Assembly: GCF_000002075.1 (NCBI RefSeq)
Contig: NW_004797614.1
Span: 66,030-118,179, forward strand
From: Aplysia californica
Taxonomy: Eukaryota
Direction: 5' to 3'
Length of the DNA: 52,150 nucleotides
Shown: positions 1 to 10,496 of the stretch, in pieces
Layout of the letters: each line of letters opens with the position of its first letter
How positions within the stretch are numbered: position 1 is the first letter of the stretch
The notes under the pieces: model-generated
Told to the model about the DNA's origin: nothing
The model's database searches: none
Seen by the model: only the letters and a program-made list of their open reading frames with translations
Position numbers and translations under genes: made by a program

Positions 1-28
<28 letters not shown>
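1..28. repeat. (GT)n microsatellite
   Basis: Perfect GT dinucleotide run at the window start. Confidence 0.95.
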
Positions 29-34
<6 letters not shown>

Positions 35-905
35 TGTTTTTTTGTGTGTGTGTTATTTTTGTTTTTGGTGGTTTTCTCTCACTTATTCTATCTTTGCTAT
101 CCAAGTCTCCTCCTCCCCCCCCCCACGACCTTTGTGTGCGAAGTATGTTAATGAATGTATGCTTTTGAAGGCGTAACCATCTGCTGGTGTTTGTACTTAT
201 ATACAAATCGGTGTATACCTGTTTAACATATTGGTTCGTATTGTTTACTGTTTTGCACCAGTGCATAATTAATGGTTTATGAACAAACACGGCTAAAACA
301 AGGGAGGAGATTCATTCCTTAATAGTTAATAGTGGGTTATTGAAAACAGCGGGTTATCTTCCTCTTTGCATCAAAGTAAGTTGTCCATTGAGTTCATAAT
401 ACACAAGCGAGCAAAAGAAACGCAAAATCCTGTTTACCTTTGCAATGGTGATCATGTTCGTTTTCCATTTGTAACAAAATGGGGGAATTTGAACACAAAC
501 TGTTTTTTTGTATTATGAAAGGATTTGTGGGGCATCACTTTGAATATTGGATTTTAGCGAAATACATTTTCAACTTCCAGTTAATGCATCAAAATGCTCA
601 GTAGTGGTTTTGGTTACAATTAGATCGGATAACGGCCGTGGATCTCCGGTACAAGGAAGTCACTGATAAAACATAACGGGATCTGCCTCCACATCTCCCT
701 CATGGTCACACCCAGTCCATTCGTGGTTCTCGGCCTTGGTTGTCTCCTCTCGGTGCGTCGTTTGATTTTGTCCTAAAAATGCTTAATTGGGATTAAATCC
801 GAGATAAAGAGAGGGTGAGGCTGCAGAGTTATACCACGGTGTTGGAGGAAATCCTGTATAACACGGAAAGTGTTCACACCAATATTATCTGGCTGGAACC
901 GGAAG

Positions 906-1659
906 TTAACATTTGACTGTGTAGAGGGGCCTAAGAACTTTTGCTATGCAACGGGCAGCATTAACACCTTGACCTCGATCTTGGCCTTGATTTGGAAAGA
1001 TCATCGGTCCTATTTTGTGTTTCCACATATTCCCACCCCAGACCATGACGCAATGTCTTTCCCAGCAATTCCTTTCTATGACACAGTTGTCACAATAACG
1101 TTCGCCTTCCTCTTGATAAACTCTGAGGTTCCTGTTTATTGTATCTAAGGAGAACAGTATTCGTCCGAAAATGAGAACCAAAGACCAGTCTCTCAGACGG
1201 CTGTTGACATGGTGCTGGGCAGAATTGAAACGCTCTTGGAGATGGTGTGCGGTTAAGACTGGATCATGGTAAGGTTGACGGCGACGAAGGCTTACCTGAG
1301 GCAATCGTCGGTTTACTGTGTGTCGACTTATGGCTTTTCCATGGGTACCCCTTATGAAATATGATGTTCTTATACATGTCTGAGGTCGATCTGAGCGATA
1401 CATCCGGACAATGTACAAACGTATTTGTATGCACGAGCATCGGTCTCTCTGGGTTGACCTGACCTTTTTCGGTCCGACGTTGAAAATTCGTAAGTTGAAA
1501 ACCGGTTATGAGATTGTGGATTGTCGAGATGTGAACACCACAATGATAGGCCTTTCTCCATCCTCCAAATGGCCTATTGCTCTTTCTTGATGTATAGCCC
1601 TTTAATGTGGCATTATCGTGGTAAATGCAGGCGAAACAACCGTACCGATTTTTTACCAC
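906..1659 (-). mobile_element. Degenerate Tc1/mariner transposase fragment
   Basis: Overlapping minus-strand ORFs give ISRHTVNRRL...PVLTAHHLQERF...WSLVL...RVYQEEGERYCDNCVIER...VMVWGG...VNAARCIAKVLRP. This matches the Tc1 pattern TVRRRL..P.LT..H...RL.WA....W..VLFSDES...ERY...CV.E....GGGSVMVWG...NA..Y...L.P. It is frameshifted, the first catalytic D motif is destroyed, and it is truncated before the QDNA motif. No TIRs recognised. Confidence 0.8.
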
Positions 1660-1860
1660 GGCCTTTATAGCTTAGTTCAGGAGAATACTTTTCATCCTTT
1701 TTTCACCCATTTAGAACGTGTTTCGAAGGAACCACTTGGCTTTTTCCACACTTCAATTAAGGGACAATAACTCTAGTTGCCGGTGACAAGCCAGACAGGA
1801 AACTTTTTATTTCCAAAGACAATATGACATGCTATCGATTGTGTAAACTTAAGTCTTCTA

Positions 1861-2049
1861 CCGTGCTGATGTCCAAGACGAATAAAGACCTATTGTTTCC
1901 TTCTCCAAGGTGTGAAACAACATCACTGGAGGGTGAAACAACGCTGAAACGGCCTTTGTTGTCCAGTATTCACAACGTCTTCGTGTTGTTGGCTGCATGT
2001 TGCAATAGCGGCCAGCGTGTCATAAGGATTCCATTGAGCCAACTCTGCC
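1861..2049 (-). pseudogene. Pseudo-exon A of an unidentified gene (3'-truncated here; full copy at 7362-7618 and in each later unit)
   Basis: Follows a pyrimidine-rich ...TACTCAG acceptor and reads QSWLNGILMTRWPLLQHAANNTKTL*ILDNKGRFSVVSPSSDVVSHLGEGNNRSLFVLDIST. It has an internal stop and is homologous at protein level to pseudo-exon B. Confidence 0.5.
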
Positions 2050-2720
2050 CTGAGTATCAAAACAAATAAAATTACCCTGAAGCTACACGTGCTTACTAAA
2101 ATCAACAACCTTTTGTCATTATTGAAATCCAAACAGTGAGGGTATGGGGGAGGGATGTAGGACAATACAGATAATTAAGAGCAAGATAGTGTTCCGATAC
2201 TATAATCTTGAGCATGAAATTCCTCACAAGAATAGAAAATACTCACTTTAAAACTACATTTCAAGTTCCACATAAAAAAAGCAGAAATCTGTAGATTCTG
2301 TGTGGGTGCGTGTGTGTATGCGTATGCTTGAGTGTGTATGTGAGAGAATCGTGTGAGAGACGAGACTGAGAGTGGGTCTGCCTGCGAGTTTGTTTCTCGG
2401 TTTATTTGAGTGGTGAAAAATGGAATTTCACAGAAAACGTAATGCTGGTAAAAATTAAAAAAACAACAACCTAACTAACCAACGAAAACGAAGGACGGGC
2501 TTTTCAGAGTACGAATTGAGGGGAAAGTTTATCTAAGTAAACAGCACTTGGTGGGACTTGTTCTCCATATGATATAACAAAAACCAAACTTTTTAATCTT
2601 TACGCCGCTAAATTTTGTTACATTTTTTTTCCGTTCGATGTTGGCTCACTGAGAGAAAGTCCCTGGAGCAAATGATCTTTTAAAAAATGGGATACATGCT
2701 TGGGGCTAAAAAAAAGAGGA

Positions 2721-2975
2721 TTAACTCAGCCAGGTCAGTTGTTTTTTAATAGTAGATGTCTCCGTGGCTAGCATTTTTCTGTGACTGATCGTGCTGTAGT
2801 CGAAAATGAATAAAGATCTATTGTTTCCATCTCCAAGATATGAAACAACATCGTCTCAGGGTGAAAAAACACTGGAATGGCTTTTGTTGAAGTGTTTATA
2901 ACATCTGGTTGTTGGTTGCTGTATGACGCAGTAGCGGCCAGCACATCATTAGGACACCATTAAGAGTACTCTGTT
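2721..2975 (-). pseudogene. Pseudo-exon B, a diverged paralogue of pseudo-exon A (repeated in each unit)
   Basis: Reads QSTLNGVLMMCWPLLRHTATNNQML*...(frameshift)...FSP*DDVVSYLGDGNNRSLFIFDYSTISHRKMLATETSTIKKQLTWLS*. The terminal TAA aligns exactly with that of copy A. Confidence 0.5.
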
Positions 2976-3964
2976 ATAGCAGGTATTTTTTTAAAAAACG
3001 CTCAGGATTTTCAAAGACCCATAAACAAACGAAGTGACACGAGCTTAAAAAAACCAAAAGTCTTTTGTTGACGTTGAAATCAAAACAGTGCGGTTAGGCT
3101 AGAGGGATATCGGGCAGAACAAATTAATGAGCAAGGTAATAGGCAGCTACCAGAATTTTGAGTAAGAAATTACTTAAATGAAAATTCATTACCTGGAAAA
3201 CTACATTTCAGCTTCATGACAAAAAGTATAGAATTCNNNNNNNNNNNNNNNNNNNNNNNNNNNNNNNNNNNNNNNNNNNNNNNNNNNNNNNNNNNNNNNN
3301 NNNNNNNNNNNNNNNNNNNNNNNNNNNNNNNNNNNNNNNNNNNNNNNNNNNNNNNNNNNNNNNNNNNNNNNNNNNNNNNNNNNNNNNNNTGGGAGATGTT
3401 GTTTGAAAGTTGAAAAAAGTCTGCCTGTAAGTATGCATCTGTGTCAATTTTCTGTGAGAGGCTGATAACGAAATTTTACAGAAAACTGAACAACAGTTAG
3501 TAACAAAAACAAAATGAAAGGTGTTTTAGAGGACAACACGAGGGAATAGCTTAATTAAGTGATCAAGGGAACTGCACATCGCGTGACTTGTTCTCAAGGT
3601 TAAAGAAAACCAAACTTCTTCACCCATTAATTCTTGACCTAAAAGTTTATAACATTTGGATGCAAATGAAAGGATTCAAGTTGTATTTGCATCGATTAAA
3701 AAGTTCTTACTTTTTAAGCCCCTGAAAGTCTGTTCCATTAATGGAGCGCTGTGTACGAGAGGTTGCGTGCTTTTTCGTATGTGTGTGTGCTGGGGGGGGG
3801 GGTATGCCGTATGCAATAGAATGCATATCTCAGACAGGTCACAATAAAAACAAAACTAAAACTAAGGAGGCCATTTCCTGTTTTTAACACAATATCCAAG
3901 TGCACAGAGTGTATCTGTTGGGGAAATACAATTTTTACAATAAAATAATGATTTTAAAGCAAGA

Positions 3965-4742
3965 ACTTCTTTGGCGGTGCCGTCTTTTCTTGAAATGTTC
4001 AGCAATACTGATTGCAATGGGTCTTGCTTCTTGTTTTAGTTCAGTTCAAAGATTGTTCAGATTTTCCTCCTCATTTATTGATATTATTCTCATAATTTAT
4101 TTTATGTATTTTGATTAAGGTAGCTTTGTCTGTTTCTAAGTTGTTAATTTCTCTGTGTCGCCTACTTTTCCATGGGGTTTACTTTGCTTTGCTACTCCTC
4201 AAAGAAAACTGCTCTTTACGGATGTTGTAGACAACATCCCCAAACACCTCCAGACATTGACGGTAATTGTTGTTGCCCAGCTTTGCCTGAAGTACTCAAA
4301 TGATGAAAGATTTTGCCAGGATCCTTTTGAGTTGGGAGGAAGAAAATCATTCTGCGACATATGGTTTGTGACATTCCTCAATCTCCAACAGTCTACGTCT
4401 GCACGATACTGTGAACTTGATCCATTCCGTGGTTTTCCGATGTCTTATCTGTGGGTACATAGTGCTGCTGTTGAGAGCTTGGTTGTGTGGCACAACACAT
4501 GTTTGTCCTGTGAACCTTTCTGCATTTATGTATTTTGGTTGGGCTACGGGCATTCTAACCTTCCAACCTATTGGAGTTGAAATAATCCTTACCGTGTGAT
4601 TTGGAGTGGTATTTGCACAACGCTACACTTCGAGCAGGAAACAAAAACATGTCTTAGTAATGAGATGCTATACAGACTTCTGAATGGAGTTACAAAACAT
4701 ACCGATGAAATAAAACTACATTGTTTTTTATGTTGGCATCAT
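3965..4742 (-). mobile_element. Decayed 5' ORF region of a Hero/R2-superfamily (RLE-type) non-LTR retrotransposon; shortened to ~425 bp in units 2-9
   Basis: Broken minus-strand translation: SCSKCSV...TR*GLFQLQ..GRLEC (N-terminal zinc-finger-like), HKPY../PPNSKGSWQNL, KLGNNNYRQCLEVFGDVVYNIRKEQF...PWKSRRHREINNL, EEENLNNL*TELKQ...AEHFKKRRHRQR. This resembles, as I recall it, the pre-RT region of Hero-clade elements (FGDIVY...F...SRRQ.E...L...AE..RKRR). Many stops and frameshifts; no RT domain in the window. Confidence 0.6.
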
Positions 4743-4820
4743 CGCCTTTTCCCTCTCAGTTTCCACGGGCTTGGGACCGTCTCAGGGTACACTGTACACC
4801 GAGGCCTGATTAAAAAGACG
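4743..4820 (-). ncRNA. Twister ribozyme (type P1), copy 1
   Basis: RNA: CGUCUUUU U^AA UCAG GC CUCGGUGUACAGUGUACCCUGAG ACGG UCCCAAGC CCGU GGAAA CUGA GAGGG AAAAGGCG. P1 is CGUCUUUU/AAAAGGCG, P2 UCAG/CUGA, P3 a hairpin, P4 ACGG/CCGU. Loop UCCCAAGC and the GAGGG segment match the rice twister core as I recall it and supply both pseudoknots. Predicted cut between 4812 (U) and 4811 (A). Confidence 0.9.
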
Positions 4821-5647
4821 GCGCTACCGAGCGCTCACGTCTGGGGTATGTTAGTTGTTAGTCAGTTTAAGAATGTTAGTGTTATGGGTTGGGTCAGTCA
4901 ACAAATTGGATGTTAGAAATTAGTATATTTTGCTAATTAAAGTAAGTTATAGCTACAGTTTGCATTCTAGTGATTTAACGATTGAGTAGTTGTTATTGAA
5001 ACAGCTGAAAAAAGACAAAACAAAGTAGCCGATTAAACCAAGCGCTGCCCCCACAGTGGCTGGAATAATTTCGGCTCGTTAGTAACACATTAATGAAAAC
5101 ACAGAAATGCACGTACAAGACAAGACATTTCAGTGTTAGATAAAATGGAAACTTTTTAGTTACTGTGAGACAACTATGTTAGTAAAGTAAAATAGAGAAA
5201 ATGCTGTGTCCACTTCGTAGGTAGCAGGTCCCCCCTCAGCGGTAGTGAGGGTAACAACTCACCAGCAACATGTGTAAAGTCCTCGTCAACTCCCCATTAC
5301 TCACATGATGACTTCAGCTGGTGATGTACAGGCCCTGAGCTTGCCTTGGTGTGTCCAAGACACCTGCTTCCTGCCTCATTGAGTTTTCTGTTGGTTACGA
5401 CAAACACGAGTGCAAAATATGTGTCGTTGGGTGGACAAATTTGTAAGTAAAGTAAAAGTTAAAGTAGTGTAGTACATTTCAAAAACCAAAATAGCAATTC
5501 AATTCAATTATTAGGTGAATTAGGTAAACGGAAATGGGTGAAATATAAGAAAACTAGAAACAACTTCAACACCATATTTTGTTAGAAAGTGCTAAAATGA
5601 AGAAAGAAAAGAGGAAAAAAAGTATGCAAATACAGCACTTGCACTCG

Positions 5648-7170
5648 TTACAGAGAGTCTATGATTACCCTGAACTGCTGAAAGCGCTCACGAAGGAATT
5701 CCAGGAGATGGCAGACTGAAAGTCGGAGTCGTGGGTTGTTCTGTACAAGCCTGTAGAGCACAAACCTGTGGAGTAAGCAAAAATACTAAGATAAATAATC
5801 GGCAACCTCAAGTGAAAGCAAGTATTCATATTATGGTAAATGGAAATTTCTGAATATTCTACGTAACAGACTACAAGTATGTATTTTCTTTAAAAAACCA
5901 ACATATTACTATTTTATTTTTCATTTACAAGGAATCAACAGCACTCATCTAAAAGTAAAGAAAGCTGCATTGGGTTAGGATCAAAAGTAAAGAATGTCTC
6001 GTTACCTGAAGAAGCCCAAGAGCGGCATTAGGGTTCTGTCGGATTTCACAGCGTGCAGAAGATCCTCTCCATCGCGAGGTTTTCGTTTGAAGACAAGAAA
6101 CCACAGCGTTGCTCCAAGTGCGTACGCGTCCGTCTGTAGAGAATAAGTGGAAAAAAGAGTTGGTCAATAGTGAGCAAATGGTTCCAAGCAACAGCATATT
6201 GCTGCAGTATACAAAGACCTTCAGGGAGCACACAGAAAAAAAGAAAGGGAAAATACAATTATCTACTAGTACGCAATAGTGACAAACAAGATTACACCAG
6301 ACAAACAAAGAAAGGATGTTATGCATATTATAACCCAATAACAAAAGCCACAGCGCATTTACAATTTTAAAATAAAATTACTTGTTTACAACAGAATAAA
6401 AACATACAATAAATTTACAGCAGAAACAAAGCCACAAAAACATACCGACAGACAAACAAACAAACCAAACATCAGGACAACTTTTACACAACATTAAACT
6501 TAAACAAATCAAACACGCAAATAAACAAGCTCACTAAGTAGAAAACTCTGCAGTTACTCACCAGAAAAGGATCTACGGTGATGTCAGTCTGGATCTCTGG
6601 AGCGAGATAGCCTTTTGTTCCGAGTACGTTCTTGCTGCTCACTCTGTTTTGTCCGTGTGCCAGAAGGCGGGACATTCCCAGGTCACCGAGAATAGCGTTG
6701 TTGGATTCATCCAGGAATACGTTGGCAGGCTTCACGTCCCCGTGTACAGCCCACCTGTTGTGAAGATATCTCAGTGCACAGGCGGTCTGCACGAAGCAGC
6801 GCTCTAACTGCTCCCTGTTGAGACGGTGACGCGCATCATGCAAAGATCCTCGTGAGCACAGAGGCATGCAGATAGCTACAAAGTCCTTGCACTTTACTGC
6901 CCAGTCCATCTTCATGATGTGCGGATGCGAAGCGTAGTCCATGAAACTGATTTCGTGAAAAATCTCCAGCCAACTGTCCCGGCCTTGGCAGTCTGTGAGA
7001 CGTATCTTCTTGATGGCCTTGCGAATGGAGTTGTCGTCTTCCATTGCCGCTTCCAGAACTTGAACCGGCGTGATCGTCTTCTGGCACAGAACGCGCACTT
7101 GCCTCATCTTCACGGATGACCAAAAGTCACCAGAAATGAACTTCACCAAAGGAACTGAAGAACTTTCCAT
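5648..7170 (-). CDS. Atypical non-RD Ser/Thr-type protein kinase, copy 1 (284 aa, 3 exons)
   Basis: Exons 7170-6562 (donor GTGAGT, phase 0), 6133-6006 (acceptor TCTCTACAG, donor GTAACG, phase 2) and 5765-5648 (acceptor CTCCACAG, stop TAA). Motifs: KAIKK, alphaC HEI, HGDVKPANV, DLGMSR, GTKGYLAPE, TDAYALG, NPRLRLS. Confidence 0.9.
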
Positions 7171-7256
7171 ACTTGAAAATTCACGACAGATGTTGAGAAA
7201 CGATACTCAGGCACACTGAAAAAGCAACGACCTCTCACTGTAAAAGCGTTACGGTG

Positions 7257-7327
7257 AACTGGAGGATGTCCAGGTCGGCTGACTTTATATTCCCTGTTGC
7301 TCCTCCCTTTCCCCTATCACCGCCAAT
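7257..7327 (-). promoter_or_regulatory. Pol II core promoter of the kinase gene (TATA + Inr + CCAAT); same layout upstream of copies 2-8
   Basis: TATAAAG at 7289-7283, Inr-like CCAGTT with A at 7260 (29 nt from the TATA start), and an inverted CCAAT at 7323-7327 (~-65). Implies a ~90-nt 5' UTR. Confidence 0.7.
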
Positions 7328-8827
7328 CAAAATCCTAGTAAGGTTCATGTCAAATGAAGGATTAACGAAGTGTGGCTAGTTGATTATGCGTAGTTGTTAT
7401 TTACATGGCTAGAGTTTTTGTAACACCGACCGTGCTGTTGTCCAAGACGAATAAAGACCTATTGTTTCCTTCTCCAAGGTGTGAAACAACATCACTGGAG
7501 GGTGAAACAACGCTGAAACGGCATTTGTTGTCCAGTATTCACAACGTCTTCGTGTTGTTGGCTGCACGTTGCAATAGCGGCCAGCATGTCATAAGGATTC
7601 CATTGAGCCAACTCTGCCCTGAGTATCAAAACAAATAAAAACACCCTGAAGCTACACGTGCTTACTAAAATCAACAACCTTTTGTCATCATTGAAATCCA
7701 AACAGTGAGGGTATGAGAGAGAGAGAGAGAGAGCGATGTTGGACAATACAGATAATTAAGAGCAAGATAGTGTTCCGATACTATAATCTTGAGCATTAAA
7801 TTCCTCACAAGAAAAGAAAATACAAGAAAAGAAAATACTCACTTTAAAACTACATTTCAAGTTCCATATCTAAAAGCAGAAATCTGTAGATTCTGTGTGG
7901 GTGCGTGTGTGTATGCGTATGCTTGAGTGTGTATGTGAGAGAATCGTGTGAGAGACGAGACTGAGAGTGGGTCTGCCTGTGAGTTTGTTTCTCTGTTTAT
8001 ATTAGTGGTGAAAAAGTGAATTTCACAGAAAACGTAATGCTGATAAAAATTTAAAAAAACAACAACCTAACTAACCAACGAAAACGAAGGACGGGCTTTT
8101 CAGAGTACGAATTGAGGGGAAAGTTTAACTAAGTAAACAGCACTTGGTGGGACTTGTTCTCCATATGATATAACAAAAACCAAACTTTTTAATCTTTACG
8201 CCGCTAAACTTTGTTACATTTTTTTCCGTTCGATGTTGGCTCACTGAGAGAAAGTCCCTGGAGCAAATGATCTTTTAAAAAATGGGATACATGCTTTGGG
8301 CTAAAAAAATTTTTTAAAGGATTAACTCAGCCAGGTCAGTTTTTTATATTTAAAATAGTAGATGTTTCCGTGGCTAGCATTTTTCTGTGACTGATCGTGC
8401 TGTAGTCGAAAATGAATAAAGATCTATTGTTTCCATCTCCAAGATATGAAACAACATCGTCTCAGGGTAAAAAACCCACTGAAATGGCTTTTGTTGAAGT
8501 GTTTATAACATCTGGTTGTTGGTGGCTGTATGACGCAGTAGCGGCCAGCACATCATTTGGACTCCATTGAGAGTACTCTGTTATAGCAGGTATTAAAAAA
8601 ATACGCTCAAGATTCAAGTCTTTTGTTGACGTTGAAATCAAAACAGTGAGGTTTGGCTAGAGGGAAATCGGCAGAACAAATTAATGAGCAAAGTAATAGG
8701 CAGCTCCCAGAATTTTGAGTAAGAAATTACTTACAACTAATGAAAATTAATTACTTGGAAAACTACATTTCAGCTCCATGACAAAAAGGATAGAATTCTT
8801 GATTCTGTATGGGTCCTGTATGCGCGC

Positions 8828-8829
<2 letters not shown>

Positions 8830-8877
<48 letters not shown>
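8830..8877. repeat. (GT)n microsatellite; the equivalent position is an N-run in all other units
   Basis: Visible only in unit 2. N-runs starting at 3237, 13597, 18441, 23336, 28156, 33044, 37925, 42799 and 45084 have the same flanks. Confidence 0.9.
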
Positions 8878-8880
<3 letters not shown>

Positions 8881-9591
8881 TGTTTGTAAGGGAGAGTGTG
8901 TCTGGGAGATGTCGTTTGAAAGTTGAAGTGTCTGGGAGATGTCGTTTGAAAGTTGAAAAAAGTCTGCCTGTAAGTATGAGGCTGATAAGGAAATTTTACA
9001 GAAAACTGAACAACAGAATGAAAGGTGTTTTAGAGGACAACACGAGGACAACACGAGGGAATAGCTTAATTAAAAACAGAATGAAAGGTGTTTTAGAGGA
9101 CAACACACGAGGGAATAGCTTAATTAAGTGATCAAGGGAACTTTATAACCTTTGGATGCAAATGAAAGGATCCTTTTGAGTTAGGAGGAAAAAAATAATT
9201 CTGGGCCATATGGTTTGTGACATTCCTCAATCTCCAACAGTCTACGTCTGCACGATACTGTGAACTTGATCCATTCCGTGGTTTTCCGATGTCTTATCTG
9301 TGGGTACATAGCGCTGCTGTTGAGAGCTTGGTTGTGTGGCACAACACATGTTTGTCCTGTGAACCTTTCTGCATTTATGTATTTTGGTTGGGCTACGGGC
9401 ATTCTAACCTTCCAACCTATTGGAGTTGAAATAATCCTTACCGTGTGATTTGGAGTGGTATTTGCACAACGCTACACTTCGAGCAGGAAACAAAAACATG
9501 TCTTAGTAATGAGATGCTATACAGACTTCTGAATGGAGTTACAAAACATACCGATGAAATAAAACTACATTGTTTTTTATGTTGGCATCAT

Positions 9592-9669
9592 CGCCTTTTC
9601 CCTCTCAGTTTCCACGGGCTTGGGACCGTCTCAGGGTACACTGTACACCGAGGCCTGATTAAAAAGACG
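9592..9669 (-). ncRNA. Twister ribozyme (type P1), copy 2
   Basis: Identical to the 78-nt motif at 4743-4820. Confidence 0.9.
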
Positions 9670-10496
9670 GCGCTACCGAGCGCTCACGTCTGGGGTATGT
9701 TAGTTGTTAGTCAGTTTAAGAATGTTAGTGTTATGGGTTGGGTCAGTCAACAAATTGGATGTTAGAAATTAGTATATTTTGCTAATTAAAGTAAGTTATA
9801 GCTACAGTTTGCATTCTAGTGATTTAACGATTGAGTAGTTGTTATTGAAACAGCTGAAAAAAGACAAAACAAAGTAGCCGATTAAACCAAGCGCTGCCCC
9901 CACAGTGGCTGGAATAATTTCGGCTCGTTAGTAACACATTAATGAAAACACAGAAATGCACGTACAAGACAAGACATTTCAGTGTTAGATAAAATGGAAA
10001 CTTTTTAGTTACTGTGAGACAACTATGTTAGTAAAGTAAAATAGAGAAAATGCTGTGTCCACTTCGTAGGTAGCAGGTCCCCCCTCAGCGGTAGTGAGGG
10101 TAACAACTCACCAGCAACATGTGTAAAGTCCTCGTCAACTCCCCATTACTCACATGATGACTTCAGCTGGTGATGTACAGGCCCTGAGCTTGCCTTGGTG
10201 TGTCCAAGACACCTGCTTCCTGCCTCATTGAGTTTTCTGTTGGTTACGACAAACACGAGTGCAAAATATGTGTCGTTGGGTGGACAAATTTGTAAGTAAA
10301 GTAAAAGTTAAAGTAGTGTAGTACATTTCAAAAACCAAAATAGCAATTCAATTCAATTATTAGGTGAATTAGGTAAACGGAAATGGGTGAAATATAAGAA
10401 AACTAGAAACAACTTCAACACCATATTTTGTTAGAAAGTGCTAAAATGAAGAAAGAAAAGAGGAAAAAAAGTATGCAAATACAGCACTTGCACTCG

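Noticed and set aside
1806-1834. Stop codon plus AATAAA after pseudo-exon A in unit 1 as the genuine gene end
   Set aside because: It lies outside the region homologous to the other copies, which share a different, conserved terminal TAA; probably fortuitous.
3237-3389. N-runs as scaffold gaps, and the X-rich ORFs spanning them
   Set aside because: They fall at the same position in each unit, where unit 2 shows a (GT)n tract of similar total length, so they look like masking. ORFs across them are artefacts.
4155-4916. Plus-strand ORFs of 60-141 aa repeated in each unit, and others such as MARVFVT... and MLLGYNM...
   Set aside because: No recognisable motifs, broken by indels in several units, and antisense or off-frame to the retroelement relic, twister, pseudo-exons or kinase exons. 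They recur only because the unit is duplicated.
5304-5338. C/D box snoRNA (ATGATGA...CTGA)
   Set aside because: The boxes are only ~23 nt apart, there is no terminal stem, and it is antisense to the host transcript.
6484-6561. Hydrophobic C-terminal tail (VSNCRVFYLVSLFICVF...) of the 228-aa kinase ORFs as a membrane anchor
   Set aside because: It is read-through into intron 1. A consensus GTGAGT donor precedes it, and the missing kinase subdomains IX-XI are on exons 2 and 3.
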